A DNA stretch of 64,000 nucleotides from Candidatus Xenobia bacterium (lineage in GTDB: Bacteria > Vulcanimicrobiota > Xenobia > Xenobiales > QWHO01): NCBI GenBank assembly GCA_045863235.1, contig BTUM01000045.1, positions 1 to 64,000 on the forward strand, given 5' to 3'. The first letter of the stretch is position 1; every line of letters begins with the position of its first letter. Below the pieces are notes generated by a model. The model was given only the letters and a program-made list of their open reading frames with translations. It searched no databases and was not told the DNA's origin. The position numbers and the translations under genes are program-made. Of the stretch, positions 62,701 through 64,000 are shown piece by piece.

Positions 62701-64000
62701 CAGCCAAACAGCCCTTTGAAGAACTTTCCGATCCCCTTGCCGATGCCGGAGAAGAAGCTGCCGATCCCCTTGCCGATGCCCGTGATCACCTGGCCGGCCC
62801 CCTTGAGCAGCCCCGAGCCGATCTGTCCCAGACCTTTGCCGATGTTGCCTTTGAAGATGTTGCTCACGCCCGAGCCGATGCCGTTAGCGGCCGTCTTGAG
62901 CCCCTGCCAGGTGCCGGTCACGGCCTGATCCACCCCCTTGACCAGGCCGTCCACGATGGGCTTGCCCAGGTTGTCAGCCACGAAGTTCATGGCTGTTCCG
63001 GCCCAGCCCAGGGGGTTGAAATCGCCGATGCGCACGTACTTGCCCAGGAAGTTGAGGGCCGTCCCCGGGGCACGCAGGGCGTGGTTGAGACCCGAGCCGA
63101 GCAGGTTGGCAGCCAGCGAGTGGGTGGGATTCTGCTCATAGCCGTAGTTCTTGCGCACCTCGGCCACGGTCAACTCGTCGATGCGCTTGCCGCGGGCGTC
63201 CGAGCCGATGTCGGGGAAGATGGGGCGCCAGTCGTTGGAGGCCTCCAGCCCCAGGTTGCGGGCCATGGAAACGGTAACATTGTTGGGATTGTTGTCATGG
63301 AACACAACAATTCCGTCCTTCGCCGAGGCGATGTCGATCTCGATGGCGTCGGAGGATTTGAAGCCCGCCTCCATGGCCGGCAGGGTGTTCTCGGGGTAAT
63401 TCTTGGAGTTGGGGCCGCCCCGGTGGGCGATCACCTCGGGGCGACGCGGATCCTGTCCGGCCTTACCATAGCCCATCTGGTCCAGGGTGCGGTTCATGGC
63501 CGCCGGGTCGTCGGTCAGCACTCCATTGGCCCCAGCCTGGACCACCTGGCGAATCTTGTCCTGATCGTTGAGCGTCCAGGCGATCACCTTCTTACCCTGG
63601 TGAGGGCTGCCCGGGCGGTCGATCTCCTGGCGGGCCTTGCGCACCTCCTCCACCAGGTCGCCGAAGTTGTTGGAGGTGAGCGGGTTCTTGGGATCGCCGA
63701 TGGAGACGTAGCGGTTGTCCCCGCTCCCGGTCAGGGGGCTGCGCTCGGCGGCGGAGGGGTTGCGGTCGTTGAGATGCTCGTTGTCCAGGGTGAAGTTGCG
63801 GAAGTCCTTGAGGTTGGGATCTTTGGCGAACTCCTGCTTGATGGCGTCGAGGTTGGACTGCTCTTTGTTCATGATGACCACGCGGTCCTTGAGGTCGGGG
63901 TATTGCTTGAACAGCTCGGACAACTGGCTGCCCAGGCGCCGGGCCACGTTCGGGTCGTCAGAGGTTTTGGTGTCCAGGTAGATCTTTTTGTCAGGATACC
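62700..64000 (-). CDS. Glycerophosphodiester phosphodiesterase-like protein with amphipathic Gly-rich tail, 5'-partial
   Basis: Frame open to the window edge; IYLDTK, AWTLND, GVLTDDP, then AHRGG, PENT, IEIDI, VFHD. Confidence 0.8.
   Translation of the reverse strand, partial: YPDKKIYLDTKTSDDPNVARRLGSQLSELFKQYPDLKDRVVIMNKEQSNLDAIKQEFAKDPNLKDFRNFTLDNEHLNDRNPSAAERSPLTGSGDNRYVSIGDPKNPLTSNNFGDLVEEVRKARQEIDRPGSPHQGKKVIAWTLNDQDKIRQVVQAGANGVLTDDPAAMNRTLDQMGYGKAGQDPRRPEVIAHRGGPNSKNYPENTLPAMEAGFKSSDAIEIDIASAKDGIVVFHDNNPNNVTVSMARNLGLEASNDWRPIFPDIGSDARGKRIDELTVAEVRKNYGYEQNPTHSLAANLLGSGLNHALRAPGTALNFLGKYVRIGDFNPLGWAGTAMNFVADNLGKPIVDGLVKGVDQAVTGTWQGLKTAANGIGSGVSNIFKGNIGKGLGQIGSGLLKGAGQVITGIGKGIGSFFSGIGKGIGKFFKGLFG

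Overview
High-GC bacterial chromosomal window with about 55 protein genes. I found no rRNA, tRNA, CRISPR array or transposase. The pilin style and orphan-gene content tentatively suggest Candidatus Eremiobacterota/Vulcanimicrobiota (inference from recollection, unverified). Recognisable genes include an FAD/Fe-S oxidoreductase, Ser/Thr kinase, CopA-type ATPase, metallophosphoesterase, NreBC-like two-component pair, P450 + GNAT, a PilC/minor-pilin cluster, GapN-like ALDH, a DUF1800-DUF1501-ECF sigma operon, membrane PPase and an SF1 helicase-nuclease. The best candidate for a novel system is at 59.3-62.6 kb: a 466-aa protein built from 83 [E/D]K-x2-4 units, followed by two translationally coupled ATP-grasp genes (one intact, one degenerate), suggesting a graspetide-like Lys-Glu crosslinking system. 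Other highlights: a UxxC selenoprotein thioredoxin split by the ORF caller; a two-microprotein operon with repeated operators upstream of a MerR-like gene; two proteins with a shared N-terminal domain and different toxin-like C-termini among zinc-ribbon genes; shared N- and C-terminal motifs on signal-peptide-less proteins; a pilin with an in-frame TGA; and a three-copy MITE/REP-like element.
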